A stretch of DNA of 64,000 nt, taken from IMG/VR virus record IMGVR_UViG_3300030102_006999. One strand, given 5' to 3'. The notes under the pieces were generated by a model. The model was not told where the DNA came from, made no database searches, and saw only the letters and a list, made by a program, of their open reading frames with translations. Both the position numbers and the translations under genes were made by a program. This document shows, in pieces, positions 36,673 to 43,672 of the stretch (position 1 is the stretch's first letter; every line of letters starts with the position of its first letter). This DNA comes from an uncultured virus (IMG/VR IMGVR_UViG_3300030102_006999) (taxonomy: Duplodnaviria; Heunggongvirae; Uroviricota; Caudoviricetes).

Positions 36673-37965
36673 ATGACAACTACCGAAACCAAGCCTTTCA
36701 ATCTTGACGAGCACATTGTGTCACTTCTGCGAGATGAGCCTTTCTTCGCCGCTTTATCGCGACGACTCGAAAAGGTTGCTTCTAACTCGGTTCCTACCGC
36801 TGGCGTTCGATTCAATAAGGACCGTTGCCGGTTTGAACTTTACTATAATCCTGCTTTTATGGCAGATATCCACGAGCAAGACCCCAAATTTGTTAAGGGT
36901 GTCTTGTTACATGAGTTTTATCATATCATACTTTTGCACGTAACTTCTCGCATGCCAGAGGGTAAAATGTCACGTAAGTGGAACTTTGCGACCGACTTGG
37001 CGATTAACAGTGAGCTAACTGTCTTTTCGCGAGATGGGTCTACTCCTACTGGCTACGCCGTCGAAAGTTCTCTTTTACCACTTGATAAGGCTCTTATTCC
37101 TACGGTCGGCCAATTTGCTAACTTTGACCCTCACTTATCCGCTGAAGAATATATGAAGCTGCTTCCCGATGGCGAATCAGAAGAAACCCAAGACCAAGCT
37201 GGACAATCAGGCGAACCCGGCGAGGGCGAAGGTCAGCCCGGTCAAGGTGGTGGCAGCGAAAGAGGCCCTAGTTCCAATGGTTTCGACGATCATTCAGACT
37301 GGGGTGACTCCGATGGTACGGATGAAACTCGCAAAATTGCAGAAGAACGCTTAAAAGACGCTATCAAAGAGGCTTATGTCGAGGCCCAAACTCGTGGCTT
37401 TGGGTCTGTATCTTCTGCTATGAAACGAACGATTAAAGAGGTTATAACTCCAAAAGTCAACTGGCGTTCTATCCTTCGTTCTTTCGTCAAAGCTAGTCAA
37501 CGCGCCGACCGTTCTTCCACAATCAAGAGGTTAAACCGTCGCTATGCTTATATCCATCCCGGTAAGAAAGCCAAGCGTCAGGCGAAAATCGCGGTTTCTA
37601 TTGACCAATCGGGCAGTGTCTCCGATAGTATGCTTGCAGCCTTCTATTCGGAGCTTGAGAAGCTGGCTCAACTTGCAGAGTTTACGATTGTTCCCTTCGA
37701 TACTGAAGTATCAACCGAGCATGTTCATGTGTGGAAGAAGGGCGAGCGTCACAACAAAACTCGCTATATGCATGGAGGAACCTGCTTTAACGCCCCAACT
37801 AAATGGGTAAACGAAAACAGCTTTGACGGTCACATCGTATTGACCGATATGGAGGCTCCAAAGCCAATTCCTAGCAAGTGCCAGCGTATGTGGATGACAA
37901 CTAAAGAGTGTGCAGAACGCCCTTACTTCCAGACTAATGAAAGGATTATCGCAATCAATGACTGA
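36673..37965 (+). CDS. zincin peptidase plus VWA-like domain (DUF2201-type), MoxR partner
   Basis: LLHEFYH, WNFATDLAIN, G/E-rich linker, IDQSGS MIDAS, GGT, LTD. Confidence 0.85.
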   Translation: MTTTETKPFNLDEHIVSLLRDEPFFAALSRRLEKVASNSVPTAGVRFNKDRCRFELYYNPAFMADIHEQDPKFVKGVLLHEFYHIILLHVTSRMPEGKMSRKWNFATDLAINSELTVFSRDGSTPTGYAVESSLLPLDKALIPTVGQFANFDPHLSAEEYMKLLPDGESEETQDQAGQSGEPGEGEGQPGQGGGSERGPSSNGFDDHSDWGDSDGTDETRKIAEERLKDAIKEAYVEAQTRGFGSVSSAMKRTIKEVITPKVNWRSILRSFVKASQRADRSSTIKRLNRRYAYIHPGKKAKRQAKIAVSIDQSGSVSDSMLAAFYSELEKLAQLAEFTIVPFDTEVSTEHVHVWKKGERHNKTRYMHGGTCFNAPTKWVNENSFDGHIVLTDMEAPKPIPSKCQRMWMTTKECAERPYFQTNERIIAIND

Positions 37966-38230
37966 TGCAGGATATATGCAAGTACCAGAAGATGTCAAAT
38001 TAGTCAAGTTTGAGACTTATGAATTAGAAAAGGGTGATGTTATCACCCTTTACCGCGCTACGATAGGCGAGGTTGCAAGGTACTTAATCACTAGCGCAGA
38101 CCATTCTATAGTTGGCTGCATCGTTTTGCTCGATAGGACAGGAAACAACTGGACGGGCAACTATATGCACTTTGCGAAATGCGAGTTAGATACTGATAGA
38201 TGGAGGAAACTTGTCAGCACCGCAGCCTAA
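37958..38230 (+). CDS. small beta-barrel paralogue family member
   Basis: LEKGDVI..ARYLIT..CIVL..RWRKL. Confidence 0.7.
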   Translation: MTDAGYMQVPEDVKLVKFETYELEKGDVITLYRATIGEVARYLITSADHSIVGCIVLLDRTGNNWTGNYMHFAKCELDTDRWRKLVSTAA

Positions 38231-38480
38231 CATCGGTGATTTCTTAGTTTGCTACGATCCTTTGAAGGCGCGTGAGATCTTTCGTTGTATCGTAATCGAA
38301 GAAAAGCCAGATAAATACGAGACAATCGTGCTATTACATAATGAAGATGGTGAAGAAAACGGCTTCCGTCCCGGCGATAAGTTCAGCATGGGAAAACCAG
38401 ACTACAAAGAGCTTTTTCGAGCACCGTGTGATATTGACGGTACTTACTGGCGAATCGAGGAAATGATAGATGGGACTTAG
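38211..38480 (+). CDS. small beta-barrel paralogue family member
   Basis: PNIGDFL..FRCIVI..RPGDK..YWRI. Confidence 0.7.
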   Translation: MSAPQPNIGDFLVCYDPLKAREIFRCIVIEEKPDKYETIVLLHNEDGEENGFRPGDKFSMGKPDYKELFRAPCDIDGTYWRIEEMIDGT

Positions 38481-38664
38481 AAGGGGAGATATGATTAAGT
38501 CTAAGATAAACGGCATTGAAGGTATACTATTGAATATTCTAACATCGAAATACAATAGCTATTTTCATAAGGTCGAGATATTTTGTACTTACTCCCCCCA
38601 CAATCCCCAGTTTACTGGTAAAGTAATCGCAATAGACCAGAATAACCTAGTAAGGAAGCACTAA
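38470..38664 (+). CDS. small beta-barrel paralogue family member
   Basis: LRRGDMI..GILL..IFCTY..TGKV. Confidence 0.65.
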   Translation: MGLRRGDMIKSKINGIEGILLNILTSKYNSYFHKVEIFCTYSPHNPQFTGKVIAIDQNNLVRKH

Positions 38665-38889
38665 ATGAAGTTCAAAGCAGGTCAAGTTATTAAAAACTCC
38701 CATTCAACCTTCATTGTGGTGGATATAATACCAGAGGACCGCAACCGCAAATCGCAGTTATTAAAGGTTATTCCTTTACAATCGACTCTTTTGCCCATAG
38801 GCGAAGCAAACCCTTTCCGAATTGCTTATCCCGGTGCATGGGAGGTTGTAAGTGATTTATCGCCGGAGGCGAAAGAGCAAACTATCTAA
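38665..38889 (+). CDS. small beta-barrel paralogue family member
   Basis: FKAGQVI..FIVVD..IGE..AWEVV. Confidence 0.7.
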   Translation: MKFKAGQVIKNSHSTFIVVDIIPEDRNRKSQLLKVIPLQSTLLPIGEANPFRIAYPGAWEVVSDLSPEAKEQTI

Positions 38890-38892
38890 TAT

Positions 38893-39123
38893 GTGGAGAA
38901 AGTATACTTACCGGGCCAATTAATCTTATATCTTCGTACAGGAGCTATATACTTGCTTTTGGAAGAATGTGAGATGACCCGACTAAATCCTGCTTGGAAA
39001 GCAGAAAATGGATGGGCCTTCAGAGCATACGTTGTATATACAGGTCGCTCTTGGTCAAAAGTCGGTTCGGAAGTCGATTTATTTATATTAAAGAAATCTA
39101 TACATTACGAGGTATTGAGTTAA
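38893..39123 (+). CDS. small beta-barrel paralogue family member
   Basis: YLPGQLI..IYLLLEE..AYVVY..VGSE..YEVL. Confidence 0.7.
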   Translation: MEKVYLPGQLILYLRTGAIYLLLEECEMTRLNPAWKAENGWAFRAYVVYTGRSWSKVGSEVDLFILKKSIHYEVLS

Positions 39124-39230
39124 TGCAGGAAGAAGGCGGGCAACCGGCGGCCCCCTTAAAAAGTGATGAGCGTGATTCGCGGATTTTTTTTCGCCCAAAT
39201 TTTTTCAAAACGCCCTTAGAAAGTGATTAA

Positions 39231-39512
39231 ATGACAACAGACGAGAAACCAAAGTTAGACCCTACCGAATACTCAATCGGTGATATGATAGGTATGAAGT
39301 TCCAATATTTCAATCAGGTAACTCAGACCATGGATAATCGAGAGATAAGGGGTATTATTATGGAAAAAGATAATAGTGAAGGTTGGAAGCTACTTTTGAC
39401 CTATGATACACACAAAGGAACATCTTTGTTATCCCCAGTCCAATATTCGATTAGTTGGCTTCGAAACCGCAATAAGAGCGATTCTCTATGGAGGGTTACA
39501 GATGAGCCATAA
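39231..39512 (+). CDS. small beta-barrel paralogue family member
   Basis: YSIGDMI..RGIIM..LLLTY..LWRV. Confidence 0.65.
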   Translation: MTTDEKPKLDPTEYSIGDMIGMKFQYFNQVTQTMDNREIRGIIMEKDNSEGWKLLLTYDTHKGTSLLSPVQYSISWLRNRNKSDSLWRVTDEP

Positions 39513-39789
39513 GCAAATAAACAAGTTTCAACCGGGAAACTTTGTATATCATGTACCAACAAAGTCAAATTGGATAATACTTACTTTTAAGTTGAGCGAT
39601 AGTTATTCAGCTTCAAACTCTTATATCGCCACGGCTTATTGTGTAAACACAGGGTCTAAACAAAAGACTACCGGAAAAGACGGGATTGTCCGAGGTTATT
39701 GGAATCAGGGAGAAATTGATACTTGGAACCTAACCAATCGTGATGTGGACCTAAAAGATAAAATATGGATTGTTAAAAGTCAAGTTTGA
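39502..39789 (+). CDS. small beta-barrel paralogue family member
   Basis: FQPGNFV..NWIIL..AYCV..QGEI..IWIV. Confidence 0.7.
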   Translation: MSHKQINKFQPGNFVYHVPTKSNWIILTFKLSDSYSASNSYIATAYCVNTGSKQKTTGKDGIVRGYWNQGEIDTWNLTNRDVDLKDKIWIVKSQV

Positions 39790-39798
39790 ACGTGACAA

Positions 39799-40089
39799 AT
39801 GGTGCTTAACATGTGTGAGGATAGAAAAAAAAATATATTCCAGCCGGGCGATATTGTAGTTGAAACCCTCGATAACACGCCAATAGGCAAATACATAATA
39901 ACAAGTATCGAAATGAATGATAAGAAAAAAGGTAAGAGCAAACTTAATTATTCTCTCTATGTATTATGGACTAATGGTCATTGGCCCGAAAGCCAAGGTT
40001 CAATCTTCGTAATAACGAATTTACATAACCTGACGAATCGTCGCGACAGACACGGTGACCCATATACATGGAAGAAACTCGATAACTAA
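39799..40089 (+). CDS. small beta-barrel paralogue family member
   Basis: FQPGDIV..GKYIIT..LYVLW..QGSI..YTWKKL. Confidence 0.7.
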   Translation: MVLNMCEDRKKNIFQPGDIVVETLDNTPIGKYIITSIEMNDKKKGKSKLNYSLYVLWTNGHWPESQGSIFVITNLHNLTNRRDRHGDPYTWKKLDN

Positions 40090-40102
40090 AGAAATAAATA
40101 AT

Positions 40103-40483
40103 ATGATAAACTCCAGCAAAATAGGATATGGCGATATAATACTTGAAAGCACACAAATCGATGCTAGAGACGATAAAAAAGAAATATTAGAGGTTGCAAG
40201 GTATATAATCGTTGGTAAGTACATAGAGGAGGTTTATGACAAACCGTTCCAATTAAAGGAGTATGAAACTGAATACTTCAAGGTTATTATGTTATATATA
40301 AATAAACAGAATCAGAGCACATGGGCACAACAGAAAAAGCCCGGTTCAAGGTATCTTTTGAGCGAACACGAAATAACGAACTACCATGACTGGTCATTCA
40401 TAAATAAGCTAGATTTAAACTGGCCTTCTGGTAGTATAGAAGTGGGGGAAAATGGAACAAAGTGGGATGAAGGGGATTGGTAG
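40103..40483 (+). CDS. small beta-barrel paralogue family member
   Basis: IGYGDII..ARYIIV..VIMLY..KPGSR..DWSF. Confidence 0.7.
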   Translation: MINSSKIGYGDIILESTQIDARDDKKEILEVARYIIVGKYIEEVYDKPFQLKEYETEYFKVIMLYINKQNQSTWAQQKKPGSRYLLSEHEITNYHDWSFINKLDLNWPSGSIEVGENGTKWDEGDW

Positions 40484-40652
40484 AAAACGTAGTTATAACT
40501 TAGTGTATTAAAGGATTGTTAATAGATAAGGGAGAAAGGGAGGAGTTTACTGTCTGATATAGTACATTCTAACTAGATAATCAAGTAATAATATGTAATA
40601 ATAAAATGACAATAAAACACTTGACAACAATAAAGGATAATCGAGGATAAAA

Positions 40653-40754
40653 GTGAATAATATGGAACCGCCTCGCATTGTGGAGTTTCTTATTGCGGGA
40701 TCACTAGTCTATATGTCAACTTTGGCATTATGCTATTACATCCTACTATATTAA
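40653..40754 (+). CDS. possible small membrane peptide (not in ORF track)
   Basis: (V)NNMEPPRIVEFLIAGSLVYMSTLALCYYILLY*; GAGG upstream. Confidence 0.35.
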   Translation: MNNMEPPRIVEFLIAGSLVYMSTLALCYYILLY

Positions 40755-40858
40755 GGAACACAACAAAGCGCCCCGCGTGAATAAAATACAAAAGGGCAAC
40801 GTGAAAAAAGTTTAAAAACTTGCATCTTATTGTGCAGGTTTAAACTTGCTTATTCGAC

Positions 40859-40913
40859 TTGACATCTTTTTGACAAGTTTGTTATAGACAAGTGCGTCCA
40901 AAACGAGTATAAT
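40859..40913 (+). promoter_or_regulatory. compound promoter repeat copy 13
   Basis: 40859, 40870, TAGACA 40885, TATAAT 40908. Confidence 0.85.
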
Positions 40914-40993
40914 TACAGTATGAAAACGAGCGATACACACATTTTCACCCTAGCCACGCGGCGCGCCCCTGCGCTCGCGATATTGGAGTTTCT

Positions 40994-41122
40994 ATGCGCC
41001 TTATATGGTATTCTGTCACTTGCCCGAAAGGGTTCACTCGAAAACGCGGTTTCTTCCCCGACAATCTCCCTTTCAAGATTCAGCTTCTGCGCGACGCGGG
41101 CTATACCTGCCATGCTATCTGA
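40994..41122 (+). CDS. possible 42-aa peptide (not in ORF track)
   Basis: GGAG RBS; MRLIWYSVTCPKGFTRKRGFFPDNLPFKIQLLRDAGYTCHAI*. Confidence 0.45.
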   Translation: MRLIWYSVTCPKGFTRKRGFFPDNLPFKIQLLRDAGYTCHAI

Positions 41123-41268
41123 TATTCGCCTTTCAACCCTCACTATGGAGGATTCACCGTCGATGACATTTATTTAAGCGCGTTATGCTCGGAAGTCGCG
41201 CCCCCGTTCGATTGTTCACTTTAAACCTTAACTATCCTTAATCACACAATTTCGAGAGCTATCACAAT

Positions 41269-41691
41269 ATGTCACTTTCTAACGACCAAATCATCCACAT
41301 CGAAAACATCCTTAAAACCGCCATTAACGCCGCTATTGAAGAAACAATTGAGCACGAACTATCAGAGCTTGATAGTGACCTTGATGGCTGGGATATCGCC
41401 GACGACATAAAAACTAAGTTCGAAGCCGATATTGACGAACTCTGTGATAATGCAGGTAATATGCTTATTATGGCGTGCGGTGAGGAACTGGCAAAGGCTA
41501 CAAGTCGAGCCGTTGCAGAATATGAGGATTTCGTATTGCCCAGTATCCAAGCCCGTTATGAGCGGGATGGCGTCGTCGATGGCCCTGCTCGCCGAGAAGC
41601 ATGGTGCAACCTTATTGATTCGCTAAACAAAAATGGAGTTTTCAACGACACTATCGCGGCCCAAATTGACTTTGACGTGGAGGCATTATAA
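41269..41691 (+). CDS. acidic phage early protein
   Basis: C-terminal YERDGVVDGPARREAWCNLIDSL; GAGCTATCACA leader. Confidence 0.7.
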   Translation: MSLSNDQIIHIENILKTAINAAIEETIEHELSELDSDLDGWDIADDIKTKFEADIDELCDNAGNMLIMACGEELAKATSRAVAEYEDFVLPSIQARYERDGVVDGPARREAWCNLIDSLNKNGVFNDTIAAQIDFDVEAL

Positions 41692-41954
41692 TGTTAAATA
41701 CAGTTTCAAACTTAACTTTCGAGACCACAGGCCAATTCCGTCATTGGCTTAAAAAACAGGTTGGAACCTCTTTTTCAGTACCTGTACAAACAAGCGGCTC
41801 TGACTGGGCATTCCAGTATATTGAGGTTACAAAGCGCGCTTTGAGCACCCTGCATATCGATGATAATGAAGTTATTAACGTAGAAATCAACAAGGCGAAA
41901 AGGTCAGGTAGATACTACGCTTTCGTTGAACCTAAAAGAGTAGAGAATATATAA
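41691..41954 (+). CDS. hypothetical protein, paralogue of 42502-42828
   Basis: F..WLKKQVGTSFSVPV..YIEV. Confidence 0.7.
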   Translation: MLNTVSNLTFETTGQFRHWLKKQVGTSFSVPVQTSGSDWAFQYIEVTKRALSTLHIDDNEVINVEINKAKRSGRYYAFVEPKRVENI

Positions 41955-42214
41955 TGACTAAAACCCCCTTTGAAACTGCACAATACAACGCTATGGCCTT
42001 TGGTACTAACCTTATCTATAATGCAGCTTGCAGCGAAACAATTAAGGCCCTAGAGGAAATGCGAGCTGAATCCTCCGCTTTGCTCAAAGACTTTCGAAAC
42101 CTTAAAACTTCTGAACAGCGAATCGCCAATAAAGAAGCTGTAAAGTCCAATGTCGCAGACCGCAAATTCCTACTTGAAACCTTATTTATTAATCCACTTG
42201 AAAAGGACGTTTAA
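41954..42214 (+). CDS. hypothetical protein
   Basis: TAATG coupling. Confidence 0.65.
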   Translation: MTKTPFETAQYNAMAFGTNLIYNAACSETIKALEEMRAESSALLKDFRNLKTSEQRIANKEAVKSNVADRKFLLETLFINPLEKDV

Positions 42215-42217
42215 ACC

Positions 42218-42472
42218 ATGAAAATCACTAATATCGCATCTAACCAAACCCTCGTTGAAACCCCAGTTTTTAAGGCTCTTTTGAGCTATGGCGTCCCACA
42301 AGTCGTTGTCCTGCATAATGAAGGTTTAACCTTGGTTAACAATAAGAAGTATTCAAACACTACCTCAAAGCACCGTAATGCTGCAAAGCGTAATTACCAC
42401 CCTGCAAACTTCACAATGGTCCCTGCCTCTCCTGCAGAGATTCAGGAAGTAACCGGCTTGGAATGCCGATAA
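42218..42472 (+). CDS. phage early hypothetical protein
   Basis: IASNQTLV..LLSY..KYSNTTSKH. Confidence 0.7.
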   Translation: MKITNIASNQTLVETPVFKALLSYGVPQVVVLHNEGLTLVNNKKYSNTTSKHRNAAKRNYHPANFTMVPASPAEIQEVTGLECR

Positions 42473-42501
42473 TCATTAATAGACAATAGGAGAAAATAAT
42501 T

Positions 42502-42828
42502 ATGTTAAAAACTGAACTATACTTCCATAACAAAGCATCATTCCAATCCTTCCTTAAAAAACAGGTTCGTACTAAGTTTTACCTGCCTGTGTCACAATCC
42601 TATACCGACCTGCACAATGACCGGCACTCTTATATCAGTGTAGGTAAAAAACAAATGATTGATTGGGCAGGTTCTAACTGGTTATCTAGTGACCGCATGA
42701 AAGTTAGCATTGAACCTGCTAAATACGAAGGTGGATATACATATGCGTTCTGTTATGTCACCACTAAGGAACTGTTTGATAATCATGGTATAACGCCGGA
42801 TATCACGCAAAACGATTTGTCAGAATAG
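42502..42828 (+). CDS. hypothetical protein, paralogue of 41691-41954
   Basis: F..FLKKQVRTKFYLPV..YISV; AGGAG RBS. Confidence 0.7.
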   Translation: MLKTELYFHNKASFQSFLKKQVRTKFYLPVSQSYTDLHNDRHSYISVGKKQMIDWAGSNWLSSDRMKVSIEPAKYEGGYTYAFCYVTTKELFDNHGITPDITQNDLSE

Positions 42829-42844
42829 GCAAACGATTTGTCAG
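42810..42844 (+). repeat. 14-bp direct repeat with 21-bp period
   Basis: AAACGATTTGTCAG at 42810 and 42831. Confidence 0.8.
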
Positions 42845-43018
42845 GTTAGAAGGGTAAAATGGGGGGGGTCCCCCCCTCCCCCTCCTCTCCGGAAACTAGC
42901 CTCCATACTGGACTATGGGCGGCTCGGTCAGATACACGCGCGATACACACCCCGAAATTTTGCCAAATTAGAAACGCCTTTCAGAGAAGAGACCCCCTAA
43001 AAAACCCGCAGAAAAAAA

Positions 43019-43048
43019 TTGACAGATTTATGCGTTATGTGTTATAAT
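43019..43048 (+). promoter_or_regulatory. sigma70-type promoter
   Basis: TTGACA-18-TATAAT with TG extension. Confidence 0.7.
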
Positions 43049-43069
43049 GGTTATATAAAGGAGAGAGCA

Positions 43070-43483
43070 ATGAGAGTACAAAATATCGAGTGGAACTATT
43101 GGAAAAAGCAAATGGTCGCAGCTACATGTGTTCAATTTGCAAGAGACAGGGGAATAACATCAAAACATGCCTTAAAGCTTCGCTACAAAGATGAAATCGT
43201 GGATGCCTTAGTAGACCTTTTCACTGCTTGTTGCCGCCTTGAGGGAGATGAGGAGTATTGGGAGGCCAAAAGAGTTGCGATTGGGAATCAAGTCGCTTCA
43301 GCCCTTTGTACACGCACAGATGCAGACCTAAGAAGGTCAGCCAGAACCAATGGCCAAACATATAAGCATGAATATAAAACGCTCTTTTACATGTTTGGCT
43401 TTACATTTGATGAAGATTTAACGTTAACAGAGAGAAGAACAAGGGAGATGTATAACAATGTTCGAAATATTTCAGCAAGATGA
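43070..43483 (+). CDS. hypothetical protein
   Basis: AAGGAG RBS; MRVQNIEW. Confidence 0.7.
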   Translation: MRVQNIEWNYWKKQMVAATCVQFARDRGITSKHALKLRYKDEIVDALVDLFTACCRLEGDEEYWEAKRVAIGNQVASALCTRTDADLRRSARTNGQTYKHEYKTLFYMFGFTFDEDLTLTERRTREMYNNVRNISAR

Positions 43484-43613
43484 TGGATTGGTACACCGAC
43501 TTAAGGAGCTAAGAGAGTTCTATAAGAAAGCCGATGAGAAAGAGAAGAGTAAACAGCTTAAAACCAAAGATTCTATATTGAGAAAAGTACTAAAAATCTA
43601 CCCCGGAATGTAG
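43458..43613 (+). CDS. small hypothetical protein, 51 aa (not in ORF track)
   Basis: MFEIFQQDDGLVHRLKELREF...; fills the gap before the uvsE promoter. Confidence 0.5.
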   Translation: MFEIFQQDDGLVHRLKELREFYKKADEKEKSKQLKTKDSILRKVLKIYPGM

Positions 43614-43621
43614 AAAAACCC

Positions 43622-43650
43622 TTGACAGAGACGCGATAATGTGTTAAATT
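43622..43650 (+). promoter_or_regulatory. sigma70-type promoter for uvsE
   Basis: TTGACA-17-TAAATT. Confidence 0.7.
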
Positions 43651-43672
43651 AATAGTATACCAAGGAGCAAAC

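Noticed and set aside
27716..40483. Diversity-generating retroelement as the source of paralogue diversity
   Set aside because: No reverse transcriptase and no template/variable repeat pair with adenine-specific mismatches were noticed.
24304..40913. CRISPR array or integron attC array
   Set aside because: Units are 0.4-4 kb apart and hold whole genes. Repeats are non-palindromic promoter-like sequences without GTTRRRY/RYYYAAC ends. No cas or integrase gene was seen.
40920..41177. 85-aa leaderless ORF as a confident CDS
   Set aside because: Composition is unlike neighbours and it conflicts with an overlapping RBS-bearing 42-aa ORF; kept only as ambiguous in findings.
42859..43047. 62-aa ORF MGGVPPSPSS...
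   Set aside because: It translates homopolymer tracts and runs into the next promoter; likely non-coding.
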